Shown here piece by piece: positions 16,992 through 27,514 of a stretch of 64,000 nucleotides of DNA. The stretch comes from Bacteroidales bacterium. GTDB taxonomy: Bacteria > Bacteroidota > Bacteroidia > Bacteroidales > P3. Made by a program: the position numbers and the translations under genes. Within the stretch, counting starts at the first letter, position 1, and each line of letters opens with the position of its first letter. Where the stretch lies: the NCBI GenBank assembly GCA_017561155.1, contig JAFZDP010000033.1, forward strand, positions 1,007-65,006, read 5' to 3'. Below the pieces are notes generated by a model that had not been told where the DNA came from, searched no databases, and saw only the letters and a list, made by a program, of their open reading frames with translations.

Positions 16992-19907
16992 ATGAGAAGA
17001 ACAAAATTAATTTTAAGTTTGGTAGCATTCATGGCACTAAGCGTAAGTGCATTGTTTGCTCAGAAGTCGTACGAGTACAAAACCGTACCCAACGACCCTA
17101 TGCAAGTTCGTGAATATACATTAGACAACGGACTTAAAGTGTTTATGAGTGTGTACAAAGACGCTCCACGTATCCAAACCTACATAGCAGTGAAAGCCGG
17201 TAGCAAAAACGACCCTGCTACTACTACAGGTTTGGCTCACTACCTTGAACACATGATGTTTAAAGGTACTCAACGCCTTGGTACAAAGGATTGGGAAAAA
17301 GAACAAGTGTATATCCAACAAATAGAAGACTTGTTTGAAGCTTACCGCTTGTTCGACGACGAAGCTACCCGCACAGCTATCTACAAAAAGATAGACTCGC
17401 TTAGCTACGAGGCTTCTAAACTTGCCATTGCAAACGAATACGACAAAAGTATGACTGCAATAGGCAGTACAGGAACAAATGCTTTCACAAGCAACGACTA
17501 CACTATGTATGTAGAAAATATTCCTAACAACCAATTGGAAAACTGGGCTATGATTCAAGCCGACCGCTTCCAAAACCTTGTACTTCGTTTGTTCCACACC
17601 GAGTTGGAAACCATATACGAAGAAAAGAACATGAGCCTTACAAACGATGGTCGTAAAGCCAGCGAAGCTATGCTAAGTGCTTTGTTTCCACACCACCCAT
17701 ACGGCACTCAAACCACTCTTGGCGAAGGCGAACACTTGAAAAACCCTTCTATGCGCAATGTTCGCAACTTTATTGCTACTTACTATGTGCCAAACAATAT
17801 GGCAATATGTATGTCGGGCGACTTCAACCCGGACGAAGCTATCAAGATAATAGACAAATACTTCGGCAATATGAAACCAAGCCCTGTGCCTGAATTTAAA
17901 TTCGAATACGAAAAACCTCTTACCCAAAACATCACTAAAGAAGTTGTAGGTCTTGACGCTGAAAACACTCGTATAGCATTCCGCATAAACGCAGGAAATG
18001 GTAGCGACATAGCACGCAAAGCCGACCTACTTTCTTCGATATTGAACAACGGAAAATGTGGTCTTATCGACATCAACCTAAACCAACAACAAAAATGTCT
18101 TGGTGCTTATGCAGGTACTTACGCCCTTAACGACTACATAGCTTTCCTATTCGGTGGCCGTCCAAAACAAGGTCAAACTCTTGAAGAACTACAACAACTA
18201 TTGCTAGAACAAATAGAGTTGGTGAAAAAAGGCGAATTCCCTGATTGGTTGCTTGAAGCTACTATCAACAATGCTAAGCTAAGCCTTATGAAACAATACG
18301 AAAGCAACCAAAGCCGTGTGAGCATGATGAGCTACGCTTTCGTTCAAAACCAAAAATGGGAAGACGTAGTAAACGAACTTGAAGAATACAGCAAGATAAC
18401 CAAAAAAGATTTGGTAGACTTTGCCAACAAATACCTTAGCGGACACTATGTGATAGTAAACAAACGTCAAGGAACACCTGCCGAAATAGCAAAAGTGGCT
18501 AAACCACCTATCACACCTATCGAAGTGGGTCGCGATGCTGAAAGCGATTTCTTGAAACAAATAAAAGCTAACAAAGTAGCCGACATCGAACCTGTATTTG
18601 TAGACTACAACAAAGAACTACAACGTACAAAACTTGCCAACGGTACAGAATTGTTGTACACTCAAAACGTTGAAAACAAAACATTCAACCTTGTATACTA
18701 CTTTGACTTTGGCTACCGTGCCGACAAAACCATCGACCTTGCCGCCGACCTATTGAGCTACCTAAACACTACCAAACACACTGCCGAAGCTCTTCAACAA
18801 GAATTCTACAAACTTGCTTGTAACTTCAACCTAAGTGTTGGAGCCGAAAATATTTCGGTAAGCATTAGCGGTTTGAGCGAAAACATGGAGAAAGCCATGG
18901 CTCTTGTAGAAGAAATATTTGCCGACGTTCAACCAAACGACGCTGCTTTGAATAACATGGTAGGCGACATCTTAAAATCGAGAATAGAAGGCAAAACAAA
19001 CCAAAAGAACGTCTTCAACCACCTAGTAAGCTACGGTACTTACGGACCAAACTCGCCATACAAAGACATATTGACCGAAGCCGAACTTAAAGCTTACAAC
19101 TCGCAACAACTTGTTGACGCTATCAAAAACCTATTCAGCTACAAACACCGCGTGCTTTACTACGGACCTGAAACTATGGAAAGCATGAAAACTATAGTGG
19201 CTAAAAACCACAACACTCCTAAAAAGTTGAACAAAACTCCAAAGAACAAAGAATTTACCCCATTGGCAACAACCGAAAATAAAGTGTACTTTGTAGACTA
19301 CAACGCAAAACAATCGTATCTGCAACAAGTGACTCGTAGCGGCAAATACAACCCAAATATCTACACTGCACGTGCTCTTTACAACTCTTACTTCGGCGGT
19401 GGAATGAACGCTATCGTATTCCAAGAAATGAGAGAAAAACGCAGCCTTGCCTACACAGCTTGGGCTAACTACCAATTGCCAAGCCAAAAAGACGGTTTCT
19501 GCATAAACACTTCTTACATTGCTACTCAAAACGATAAAGTTATCGACGCTTACGATGCTTTCAACGATTTGTTCAACAATATGCCTGTGGCTGAACAAAA
19601 CTTTGCTTTGGCAAAAGAATCGTTGATTTCTAACATCCGTACCGGTCGTGTAACTAAGATGAGCATCATCTGGAACTATTTGAGCAACGAAAGAATGGGC
19701 TACAAACAAGACATGCGCAAAGTGTTGTTCGAACAACTTCCTACTATGACAATGCAAGACGTTATAGACTTCAACAAAAAATACATCAAAAACACTCCAA
19801 AAACTTACATGATTCTTGGAAAAGAAGCTGACATGGACTTCAAAGCCCTTGAAAAGAAATACGGCAAAGTTCAAAAGCTAACCCTTGAAGACGTATTTGG
19901 ATACTAA
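16992..19907 (+). CDS. M16 (insulinase/pitrilysin) family zinc metallopeptidase
   Basis: Signal peptide, then the inverted zinc motif HYLEHMMFKGT (HxxEH); 971 aa two-half architecture. Confidence 0.9.
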   Translation: MRRTKLILSLVAFMALSVSALFAQKSYEYKTVPNDPMQVREYTLDNGLKVFMSVYKDAPRIQTYIAVKAGSKNDPATTTGLAHYLEHMMFKGTQRLGTKDWEKEQVYIQQIEDLFEAYRLFDDEATRTAIYKKIDSLSYEASKLAIANEYDKSMTAIGSTGTNAFTSNDYTMYVENIPNNQLENWAMIQADRFQNLVLRLFHTELETIYEEKNMSLTNDGRKASEAMLSALFPHHPYGTQTTLGEGEHLKNPSMRNVRNFIATYYVPNNMAICMSGDFNPDEAIKIIDKYFGNMKPSPVPEFKFEYEKPLTQNITKEVVGLDAENTRIAFRINAGNGSDIARKADLLSSILNNGKCGLIDINLNQQQKCLGAYAGTYALNDYIAFLFGGRPKQGQTLEELQQLLLEQIELVKKGEFPDWLLEATINNAKLSLMKQYESNQSRVSMMSYAFVQNQKWEDVVNELEEYSKITKKDLVDFANKYLSGHYVIVNKRQGTPAEIAKVAKPPITPIEVGRDAESDFLKQIKANKVADIEPVFVDYNKELQRTKLANGTELLYTQNVENKTFNLVYYFDFGYRADKTIDLAADLLSYLNTTKHTAEALQQEFYKLACNFNLSVGAENISVSISGLSENMEKAMALVEEIFADVQPNDAALNNMVGDILKSRIEGKTNQKNVFNHLVSYGTYGPNSPYKDILTEAELKAYNSQQLVDAIKNLFSYKHRVLYYGPETMESMKTIVAKNHNTPKKLNKTPKNKEFTPLATTENKVYFVDYNAKQSYLQQVTRSGKYNPNIYTARALYNSYFGGGMNAIVFQEMREKRSLAYTAWANYQLPSQKDGFCINTSYIATQNDKVIDAYDAFNDLFNNMPVAEQNFALAKESLISNIRTGRVTKMSIIWNYLSNERMGYKQDMRKVLFEQLPTMTMQDVIDFNKKYIKNTPKTYMILGKEADMDFKALEKKYGKVQKLTLEDVFGY

Positions 19908-19957
19908 CAGACAGACTATAGCATTTCGGCCAACGGCCTAAATGCCGCCATACGCAA

Positions 19958-19995
19958 GGCGAGAGAAAACCCCGAAAGGTTTCTCTCGCCTTTTT
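19958..19995 (+). terminator. Intrinsic terminator of the M16 peptidase gene
   Basis: Stem GGCGAGAGAAAC pairs with GTTTCTCTCGCC, followed by TTTTT. Confidence 0.8.
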
Positions 19996-20077
19996 GTTTG
20001 CCGTTGCAATAGTATTCATTTTCTTCTAAAACACTTTTTACAGATGCTTACAACACTTTTTACTTTCTTCGGAAATG

Positions 20078-20399
20078 ATAGTATAGAAAGTGCTGTAGTT
20101 ATAGTATAGAGAGTGCTGAAATTATAGTATCGAATGTACTGAAGAGATTATAGAAAATACAGATTTACATGATAAAAAACCTGCACTTGCGATGTGAAAT
20201 ATTGGAATTTTAAATGTGATAAATAGGCTATTTTTCACATCAAAAAAGCCTATTTTTTATAATGCAAGTGGCACTTCGACACCATGCAAGTGGCTATTTC
20301 GCATTGTCTCTCCAATACTCTCGGTATTATATCTCCGGCACTTTCTGTACTATGTATACAATACTTTCGACACTATGTCGTTAGTACTTTGTAAAAAGT
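20078..20399. repeat. Inverted 4 x 23-bp arrays flanking a roughly 140-bp core, upstream of an HU-like gene
   Basis: Forward units ATAGTATAGAAAGTGCTGTAGTT occupy 20078-20169. Reverse units occupy 20308-20399; the reverse complement of unit 20331-20353 matches unit 1 at 19/23 by eye. The units contain the TATAGAAAG/TATAGAGAG core of the mosaic family. Confidence 0.85.
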
Positions 20400-20468
20400 G
20401 TTTCTGAACAAATAGAAAATTGTTTCAGAAGAAATAGAAAAGTAAAACAATACAAACCAACAATAATA

Positions 20469-20927
20469 ATGGCAATAGGATATTACAAACACAAACGCAA
20501 GATAAACGCAAATGGCACAGTAAAAGAAGTGTATGTGGCTAAGGTGGCACGCGCCAATGTGGTAGACATCGATATTTTGGCCGAGGAGATAGCTGCTACA
20601 TGCTCGGCATCGGAAGGCGATGTGCTGATGGTGTTGCGAAACATGGAAAGGGTTATAGAAAAACATATAGCCAAAAGCGATGTAGTGAAGTTGGACTCGC
20701 TGGGTACTTTTTCGCCCACGTTGCGAGCCAAAGTTGTTGATTCGCCCGACAAGGTGAACCAGTTTTCGATAATATCGACAGGCATAAACTTCAGGCCTAC
20801 CAAACGAATGCTTAGCGGTGTGCAAGATGCCGGAGTGCGGCTTGCCGACAAGCGAATACTTGTGCCGGCAGCCAGAGTAAAGGAAAAAGCAAAACAACAA
20901 CAGCAAGAAAACACAGAGGAACAATAA
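20469..20927 (+). CDS. HU-family (Bacteroidota HU_HIG-like) DNA-binding protein
   Basis: Pattern DILAEEIAATCSASEGDVLMVLRNMERVIEKHIAKSDVVKLDSLGTF resembles the HU fold, with a Lys/Gln-rich tail. Confidence 0.7.
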   Translation: MAIGYYKHKRKINANGTVKEVYVAKVARANVVDIDILAEEIAATCSASEGDVLMVLRNMERVIEKHIAKSDVVKLDSLGTFSPTLRAKVVDSPDKVNQFSIISTGINFRPTKRMLSGVQDAGVRLADKRILVPAARVKEKAKQQQQENTEEQ

Positions 20928-20969
20928 GTTCTGTCGCTAAAAATATTTTGCTGTTTGGTAAATAAGTCG

Positions 20970-20977
20970 TAACTTTG
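20970..20977 (+). promoter_or_regulatory. -7 box TAACTTTG
   Basis: 25 nt upstream of the ATG at 21002. The track's start at 20975 falls inside this box. Confidence 0.6.
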
Positions 20978-21001
20978 CAGCCCGAAACGAATAAGACAAC
21001 A

Positions 21002-22321
21002 ATGGTTATGAAAAAATCAATAGTACTACGCTTTTTGGCAGTGTTTGTTGGAATATGTCTGCTCTTATGCTTAGGTGTATATGGATTCATATATCTCATA
21101 TTTTCTCAAAAGCCATCGAGTACGATGTGGAGGGAAACAGACTCGTCTGACGAGTCGAAGGAGAAAGGTGTTTTCGTAGAATACTATGATGCTTTACCTT
21201 TCGAATATTCCGATAGTATTTTCCATGTAAATCTGGTATTTAAAGAAGCATACATAGAATGGATGCACGAATACGACATTAGCACCGACAGTGCAATGGA
21301 GAATGTGCTTTTCTATAAGAATAGTTCAACTACTAAGTCGCAGCAACTAATAGCGGTGTACGATACAATTAACTCCGATATGGGCTATACGGGAGTTGTT
21401 AAAAACGACTCGGCCTACGATGGAAGATGGCGTTTCAATAAATATCGTAAAAAGTATTGGACGTTTGATGTTGGTCATGACAGATGGGGTAATTACAATG
21501 TTACATTATTCAACTATGAATACCATGTCAAGAAAATGAAATTGGTTACAGGACTGTTTGACGACACGATCAGAATTCCTATACGCTCGTTATCTTATTA
21601 CGACTCTGTATGCGGACTTGACAAGACAGTAAAATTTGGCGAATTGGTTTTCGTAAGGCGGAAAGACAGCACACAGAAATCAGAGCCGGCAAAGGTGGTA
21701 AAAAAGAATGAGCCTGTAACAAAAGTGGAATCGGCACAAGGGACAATCAACGATTACGAATATGTAGATTTGGGACTCAGTGTGAAATGGGCTGCGCACA
21801 ACGTCGGAGCCGACAAACCCGAAGAGGTTGGAGCTTACTATGCTTGGGGCGAAAAGAAAGAAAAGAAGAAATACTCGTTTGACAATTGCAAAACAATACC
21901 ACAGAAGCCTAAAAACAAATGGGAGCGAGTGCGAGATATGGACGATATAGGCGGCAATGAGAAATACGATGTAGCCCGTGCAAAGTGGGGAGCACCCTGG
22001 CGATTGCCAAGCAAAGAGGAGTGCGAAGAGTTGAAAGACAAATGCAAATGGGAGTACACAACATTGGATAGCATAGAAGGCTGCAAAGTGATAGGACCTA
22101 ATGGAAATAGTATTTTCCTGCCATTGACAGATTATCGGGTAAATGAGTATATGTCCGGTTGTAGTGTAAATGGTGTGTACACTATGAGTACAGGTGTTTA
22201 TTGGACCTCGCAACCCGAAGACAATTTTTATGCCTATTTTCTAGGCTTTAGCAAAAAGTGTGTCGAAGTGAAATGGACCAGATGTTATTATGGCATGGCC
22301 GTAAGGCCGGTGTTTAAATAG
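21002..22321 (+). CDS. Membrane-anchored protein with C-terminal FISUMP/DUF1566-like domain
   Basis: N-terminal TM segment. C-terminal YVDLGLSVKWAAHNVGA...YYAWGE...WRLPSKEECEEL...YWTS...GMAVRPV resembles the Fibrobacter-paralogous/DUF1566 fold family. Confidence 0.55.
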   Translation: MVMKKSIVLRFLAVFVGICLLLCLGVYGFIYLIFSQKPSSTMWRETDSSDESKEKGVFVEYYDALPFEYSDSIFHVNLVFKEAYIEWMHEYDISTDSAMENVLFYKNSSTTKSQQLIAVYDTINSDMGYTGVVKNDSAYDGRWRFNKYRKKYWTFDVGHDRWGNYNVTLFNYEYHVKKMKLVTGLFDDTIRIPIRSLSYYDSVCGLDKTVKFGELVFVRRKDSTQKSEPAKVVKKNEPVTKVESAQGTINDYEYVDLGLSVKWAAHNVGADKPEEVGAYYAWGEKKEKKKYSFDNCKTIPQKPKNKWERVRDMDDIGGNEKYDVARAKWGAPWRLPSKEECEELKDKCKWEYTTLDSIEGCKVIGPNGNSIFLPLTDYRVNEYMSGCSVNGVYTMSTGVYWTSQPEDNFYAYFLGFSKKCVEVKWTRCYYGMAVRPVFK

Positions 22322-22355
22322 TGTTGCAGTCCTAAGGCAATTTTTATAAAAAAAA

Positions 22356-22384
22356 AACGGAGCACTTAAAGCAAGTGTTCCGTT
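22356..22384. terminator. Bidirectional terminator between convergent genes
   Basis: Stem AACGGAGCACTT pairs with AAGTGTTCCGTT, with an A-run before and a T-run after. Confidence 0.8.
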
Positions 22385-22406
22385 TTTGGTTGTATGCGAT
22401 GATGTA

Positions 22407-23582
22407 CTATTCTACATGAATAAGCAGCCCTTTCAGATATTCGCCCTCGGGGTGATATATGCTTACGGGGTGGTCGATGGCATGGGGGAGCTGTTTCACA
22501 ATTCGTACTTTTCTGTTGGCATTGGCTGCCGAAGTGAATACCATTTGTTTGAAATCTTCGGTGCTTACAGCCTGCGAGCAAGAGAAAGTAAGTATAAGCC
22601 CACCCGGTTTTATCTTTTCTATGGCACGTTGGTTTATGTTCTTGTAGCCTTTAAGTCCCTGCTTAAGGTTTCTGTGGTTTTTTGCAAAGGCAGGAGGGTC
22701 TAATATTATTATGTCGTAGTTATCGTCGATGGTAGAAAGGTATGGCAATACGTCTTCGGCTACGCCTTTGTGGTTGGCGTTGTCAAAGTTTAGAGCAACA
22801 TTGCGTTCGCAAAGCGATATTGCTTTCTTCGATATGTCTACGGTTTCTACATATTCGGCGTTGCCTCTTAGTGCACTCAACGAAAAACCTCCTGTATATC
22901 CAAATGTGTTCAGCACTCTTTTTCCTGCAGCCAACGAGCGTACCAAAGCTCTGTTTTCGCGTTGGTCTATAAAGAAGCCCGTCTTTTGTCCTTCGTAGAA
23001 GTTGATAAGGAATTTGTTGCCGTCTTCTTTCACTTCCCATTCTTCGGGAGTGGCACCATATATATATTTGTCTTCGCTTTTTGTACGCGGCAGCGTCGAA
23101 GAACTCTTGTCGAACACCGCCACAAGTTTGTCGGTAAGCAGTTCGGCAAGTATGTCGGCAAAGGTCTGAAAGTTGTTGTGCATACCTTGCGAGTGTGCTT
23201 GTAGCACCACTATTCCGTTGTAGTAGTCGGCTATAAGTCCCGGCATAAAGTCGCCTTCACCGTTTATCAGGCGGAAGACATTGGTGTCGGGGTTGTCGAA
23301 AAAACCAAAACCTTTACGATAGTTTATGGCGTTGGCAATGCGTTGTTTCCAAAAGTCGTAGTCGATGTTGGCATTGCCAAATTCAAGTATCTTTGCTATA
23401 ATGGTTTCGTCTTGGAAATGTCCTGTTGCCAAGTATTGCTTGTCGGCGTCGTATATATCTACAAGGTCGCCTTCTTGCGGCTTGCCTGCCATCTTGGCAA
23501 TAGCACCCGAAAAAAGCCATGGGTGTTTGCGATACAACGATTTTTCTTTACCCGGTTTTAAGTATAACTTACAACGTTCCAT
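22407..23582 (-). CDS. rlmI: 23S rRNA (cytosine-C5) methyltransferase RlmI-like (PUA + class I SAM MTase)
   Basis: 391 aa; N-terminal PUA-like region, LNTFGYTGGFS and IILDPPAFA motifs. Confidence 0.8.
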   Translation of the reverse strand: MERCKLYLKPGKEKSLYRKHPWLFSGAIAKMAGKPQEGDLVDIYDADKQYLATGHFQDETIIAKILEFGNANIDYDFWKQRIANAINYRKGFGFFDNPDTNVFRLINGEGDFMPGLIADYYNGIVVLQAHSQGMHNNFQTFADILAELLTDKLVAVFDKSSSTLPRTKSEDKYIYGATPEEWEVKEDGNKFLINFYEGQKTGFFIDQRENRALVRSLAAGKRVLNTFGYTGGFSLSALRGNAEYVETVDISKKAISLCERNVALNFDNANHKGVAEDVLPYLSTIDDNYDIIILDPPAFAKNHRNLKQGLKGYKNINQRAIEKIKPGGLILTFSCSQAVSTEDFKQMVFTSAANANRKVRIVKQLPHAIDHPVSIYHPEGEYLKGLLIHVE

Positions 23583-23596
23583 AGTATGTTTGGTAT

Positions 23597-24187
23597 TTAT
23601 TTTGTGTTTAATATCTTTATTCTGTTTTGAGTTATTATCCGTACTATCTTCTTGTTAGCTGCAATCATCGAAGGCGAATCCAAGCGGTGTTGCATGTGGA
23701 ACTTCAGGTCGTCGGCTATCCAGCAGTAGCGCACCGAAAGGCGTGCCAATATGTATGCCGCCAATACCTTTACGCCGTTAGGTGTTTCGTCGGCAAGCAG
23801 GTGTTCAAACAGTCTGCCTATAATGTCGTCCCAGTCGTAGGTGTCCAAATAGTTTAGGGCAAAGACGGGACGTTTGCTTTTCGCCGACCGGTCCAGATAT
23901 ATTACTATTATCTTAAGCAGGCATCTGGTTTGTCCGTCGTGTTCCAGTGTGGGTATGGCTGCCAAAATATCGGCAAAAAAACTTTCGCATTTGCCTATAT
24001 CCAGCTTTGCCAACCGCTCCAAACTCCATGCCAAACGAAACTTTGTTTTGGAATTAGCAGTGTTTTTCATGGCTTCGAAAAGCATTGCAGGCGACAGCTC
24101 GTCGTCAAGTAGTGCCTCTACAACGCATTCAGTATTAGCAATGCCAAGATTGTTTTCCAATATGTTTATAGCTTCGTTTACGGTCAT
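23597..24187 (-). CDS. Hypothetical all-alpha (HEAT-like) protein
   Basis: 196-aa ORF, 14 nt upstream of rlmI on the same strand, with its own promoter box. No family recognised. Confidence 0.45.
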   Translation of the reverse strand: MTVNEAINILENNLGIANTECVVEALLDDELSPAMLFEAMKNTANSKTKFRLAWSLERLAKLDIGKCESFFADILAAIPTLEHDGQTRCLLKIIVIYLDRSAKSKRPVFALNYLDTYDWDDIIGRLFEHLLADETPNGVKVLAAYILARLSVRYCWIADDLKFHMQHRLDSPSMIAANKKIVRIITQNRIKILNTK

Positions 24188-24210
24188 ATTACTGTGTAGT
24201 TTGCGTTTTG

Positions 24211-24218
24211 CAAAAGTA
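24211..24218 (-). promoter_or_regulatory. -7 box TACTTTTG (minus strand)
   Basis: Plus strand reads CAAAAGTA; 24 nt upstream of the ATG at 24187. Confidence 0.6.
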
Positions 24219-24309
24219 CAATTTTTTTTCTACAAACGTTGTGTTTTTCTGCACAAATATATCTTTCGGCAGCTTGTAGCCCTTTTGCCGTAGGGCGAAA
24301 AAAGAAAAA

Positions 24310-24337
24310 AAAGGAACACCTTTTTGTCGGTGTTCCT
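24310..24337 (-). terminator. Intrinsic terminator of the Sel1-repeat gene
   Basis: Stem AAGGAACACC pairs with GGTGTTCCTT. The A-rich run on the plus strand gives a T-run on the minus strand. Confidence 0.75.
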
Positions 24338-24375
24338 TTTTCTGCCATGTAGCACATGCTGTTTTGCAGTGCCGT

Positions 24376-26871
24376 TTATCTTATCTTCTTTTTAAGTTCT
24401 TTTACTTTTGCTATAGACTCGTCGTGACCTTCGTCGGCAAGTATTTGGTACCATTTCAACGCTTCTACATAGTCTAGTTGGTCTTCGTATACGACAGCCA
24501 AACCATATATAGCATCCAAATATCCTGCTTCGGCAGCCGGCAACCACCATTTGATGGCTTCGTCGTAGTCTTCTTCGTCGTCTTCGGAGTTTATATAGGT
24601 CAAACCTATTCTATACTGAGCTTCATGCGAGCCTTGCTCGGCGGCCATCTTCCACCACTTCATGGCTTCCAAGTAGTTCTTTTCTACTCCTAATCCTTCG
24701 TAGTATATTATACCTAAGTTTACTTGCGACATGATGTGTCCTTCTTCGGCAGCAGCGGTAAAGTAGTTTATACCTTCTTGCATATTTTGTTCTACACCTT
24801 CGCCGTTGAAGTAGAATACACCAAGGTTGAAGTATCCTTCCAAAAGACCTTCTTCGGCAGCCTTTGTATACCATTTAATGGCTTCGGCCTGATCGGCTTT
24901 TATTCCTGCGCTTTCAAAACCATCGCGGTACAAAAGTCCCATGCTTAGTATACCTTTCCAATAACCTTCGTTGGCAGCTATTTCAATAAGTCTGATGGCT
25001 TCTTTTTGGTCTTTTTTCACTCCGTAGCCTTGCATGTAACACTCTGCAAGCTCTATCAGCGAACGCATGTCGCCAAGGTCAGCTGCTTTTGCATAGCAGT
25101 AGGAAGCAGTTTTAAGGTCTTGCTCTACACCGATACCACGGCTGTACAATACACCCAAAGCATGGAAGGCATCCGGACTGCCACCTTCTGCTGCTGCTGT
25201 AAACCAATCGGCAGCTTCTTTAAAGTTTTGTTCCACACCACGACCTTCAAGGTATATAACACCAAGTTCGAATTGCGATTCAACGTTGCCATTTTCGGCA
25301 GCTGTGGTATACCATTTTATACCTTCCAAAGTATCGACAGGAACACCTTCGCCACTATGATATGCTATAGCCATAATTTTTTGTGCTTGAGGGTAGCCTA
25401 AATCTGCAGCTTGGCGGAATAGTTTGATGGCATTGTCCAGGCTTTGTTCTACACCGGTACCGTTGAAGTACATAATAGCCATGCCGTACATTCCTTCCGG
25501 CGATTCCAATTCTATAGCTTTGTTGTAGTACTCTATAGCTTTTGCAAACGATTCAGGTGTGCCACCATCTTCTCTCATGCAAACTTCGCCCAAAGCAGCA
25601 TAAGCTTTGCCATAGCCTAGTGTTCCGGCTGATTCTAACAATTCTTTTCCTTTCTCGATATTGACTTCGCCAAACGAACCATCGATGTGCGACTCTGCAT
25701 ATTCGTATATTGCTACAACGGCTTCGGCTTCGGTCAATTTGTTGTACCAATTGATGGCTTCAGGGTAGTTTTCTATTGCTTTGTAGTAGCGTGCCAATCT
25801 TACATACGCATCTAAGTCCTCCAAATTGGCAGCTTTATTATAGCATTCTATAGCCTTTTCAATGTCTTGTTTTACATCTTCTGTTCCATAAAGATAAATG
25901 TCGCCCAAAGTTATTATAGCCGGACTGAAGTTGCCGTCGGCAGAAGCTTTGTACCATTTCATGGCATTTTTCATGCTGGCTTTTACGCCCATGCCATTAA
26001 GGTACATTTGAGCTATGTAAGCTTTAGACTCAGCATCGCCCAAATCCGAGGCCTTGCGAAAACATTTCATGGCTTCGCCGAAATTGATTTCTACTCCGGT
26101 GCCATTGGCATACATCATACCTAATTTGCGTAGTCCATCAGAGTCGTTTTTATCTGCCAAAGCTCTATAATAGTTTGTAGCTTTGGAAAAGTCTTGATCT
26201 ACACCAATTCCGTATTCATGCATAACGCCCAGATAAAAAATACATCCACGGTTGCCTTTTTCTTCTCCACGTTTAAACCATTTTAGGGCTTCGGCATAGT
26301 TTTCTTGTAGCAGCAGTCTGTGTCCTAAAGTCATATAAGCAGCAGTAATACCATTTTCAGCAGATTTCATCAGCCACTTCAAGCCTTCTACGGTATCGTT
26401 ATATTCTTCTATATAAAATAGTCCCAAAGTGCACATTGTTTTAGCATCGTTTTGCTCTATCGACTTTTGATACCACTTCATGGCTTCGTCGAAGTTTTTC
26501 TCCACTCCGCAACCGGCGCGATAAAGGTTGCCTACGCCTCGTTGTCCTTGCGAGTTGTTTTGTTCGGCCGACAGCATGTACCATTTCATACCCTCAACAC
26601 AGTCTTCTTCTACACCAAGACCATTGGAATATATACGGCCTACTCCATACTGACCATTGGCATTGCCTTGTTTTGCCGACTTCTTGTACCATTTCAAGGC
26701 TTCAGCATAGTCGATGGCTGTTACTTCGCCATATTCATACATTTCTCCCAACTCGTATTGGGCTTGTGCATCGCCTTTTTGGGCGGCTTTCTTTACTTCG
26801 TCGAAACTTTTTTGTGCCGTTGCCGACAACGATAATGTAGCCACTGCTACAAACAATAGGATTCTTTTCAT
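24376..26871 (-). CDS. Secreted Sel1-like (TPR-type) repeat protein, about 20 repeats
   Basis: Signal peptide MKRILLFVAVATLSLSATAQ, then a reiterated A..WY.KAAEQG...AQ..LG.MY..G.GV..D pattern. Confidence 0.9.
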   Translation of the reverse strand: MKRILLFVAVATLSLSATAQKSFDEVKKAAQKGDAQAQYELGEMYEYGEVTAIDYAEALKWYKKSAKQGNANGQYGVGRIYSNGLGVEEDCVEGMKWYMLSAEQNNSQGQRGVGNLYRAGCGVEKNFDEAMKWYQKSIEQNDAKTMCTLGLFYIEEYNDTVEGLKWLMKSAENGITAAYMTLGHRLLLQENYAEALKWFKRGEEKGNRGCIFYLGVMHEYGIGVDQDFSKATNYYRALADKNDSDGLRKLGMMYANGTGVEINFGEAMKCFRKASDLGDAESKAYIAQMYLNGMGVKASMKNAMKWYKASADGNFSPAIITLGDIYLYGTEDVKQDIEKAIECYNKAANLEDLDAYVRLARYYKAIENYPEAINWYNKLTEAEAVVAIYEYAESHIDGSFGEVNIEKGKELLESAGTLGYGKAYAALGEVCMREDGGTPESFAKAIEYYNKAIELESPEGMYGMAIMYFNGTGVEQSLDNAIKLFRQAADLGYPQAQKIMAIAYHSGEGVPVDTLEGIKWYTTAAENGNVESQFELGVIYLEGRGVEQNFKEAADWFTAAAEGGSPDAFHALGVLYSRGIGVEQDLKTASYCYAKAADLGDMRSLIELAECYMQGYGVKKDQKEAIRLIEIAANEGYWKGILSMGLLYRDGFESAGIKADQAEAIKWYTKAAEEGLLEGYFNLGVFYFNGEGVEQNMQEGINYFTAAAEEGHIMSQVNLGIIYYEGLGVEKNYLEAMKWWKMAAEQGSHEAQYRIGLTYINSEDDEEDYDEAIKWWLPAAEAGYLDAIYGLAVVYEDQLDYVEALKWYQILADEGHDESIAKVKELKKKIR

Positions 26872-26980
26872 GTGTCCTCCTTGTAGTTATAATCTCTAGT
26901 TCCAAAAGATTATGTTTTTTATTTGTTACGATTAGAAACGTAGAACTAAAAGCCGTTTCGTTTTGTTATCTTGTTTGTTG

Positions 26981-27436
26981 TTAATTTTGTTTCAAGTTTT
27001 TGTTTGTCTCCACTTCCTTAGGGTTGTCGCCCCATTTGTTGGTGCCGGGTTGGCTGTCTTTTAGTGTCAAAATAAGCAACCAAATGTATCCCAATATGAA
27101 TACAGCCAATGATGTGATGATTATAAATTTGGAAACACTAATCAAAGAACAAATGATGGCTGCCAAAGCCGGTATTACCACAATAAGATACCACCAACCA
27201 CTTTTACCCACATCGTGCAGGCGACGTACACAGGCAGCAAGGAAATAGGGAAATAATATCGCGATGACAATAGACCATACTATCAAAATGGGAGTACCCT
27301 TGTAGGGAATTTCTGAGAAAATATAGTTGATGCTATGATAAAAAGCCCAAAAACACCAGAAATCTCTTCGGCGTGTTCGACCTTTATAGTCGGTTGAGTC
27401 TTTGAAAAATTGCTTCAACCACTTCATAAGTATCAT
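26981..27436 (-). CDS. DUF805 membrane protein (single module)
   Basis: GRTRRRDFW, RRLHDVGKSGWW and GTNKWGDNPK; a paralogue of 13081-14109. Confidence 0.8.
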   Translation of the reverse strand: MILMKWLKQFFKDSTDYKGRTRRRDFWCFWAFYHSINYIFSEIPYKGTPILIVWSIVIAILFPYFLAACVRRLHDVGKSGWWYLIVVIPALAAIICSLISVSKFIIITSLAVFILGYIWLLILTLKDSQPGTNKWGDNPKEVETNKNLKQN

Positions 27437-27514
27437 ACATTTTAGTTAATAAATCGATGTTTTCTGTTTAATTAATAATAACTTACAAATAAGTCGTTTG
27501 AACAGTTTGTGCCA

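Noticed and set aside
20373-20924. ORFs 20373-20924 and 20483-20914 on the minus strand, and 20812-21099.
   Set aside because: They are antisense to or overlap the HU-like gene and the promoter of the following gene. They have no motif support.
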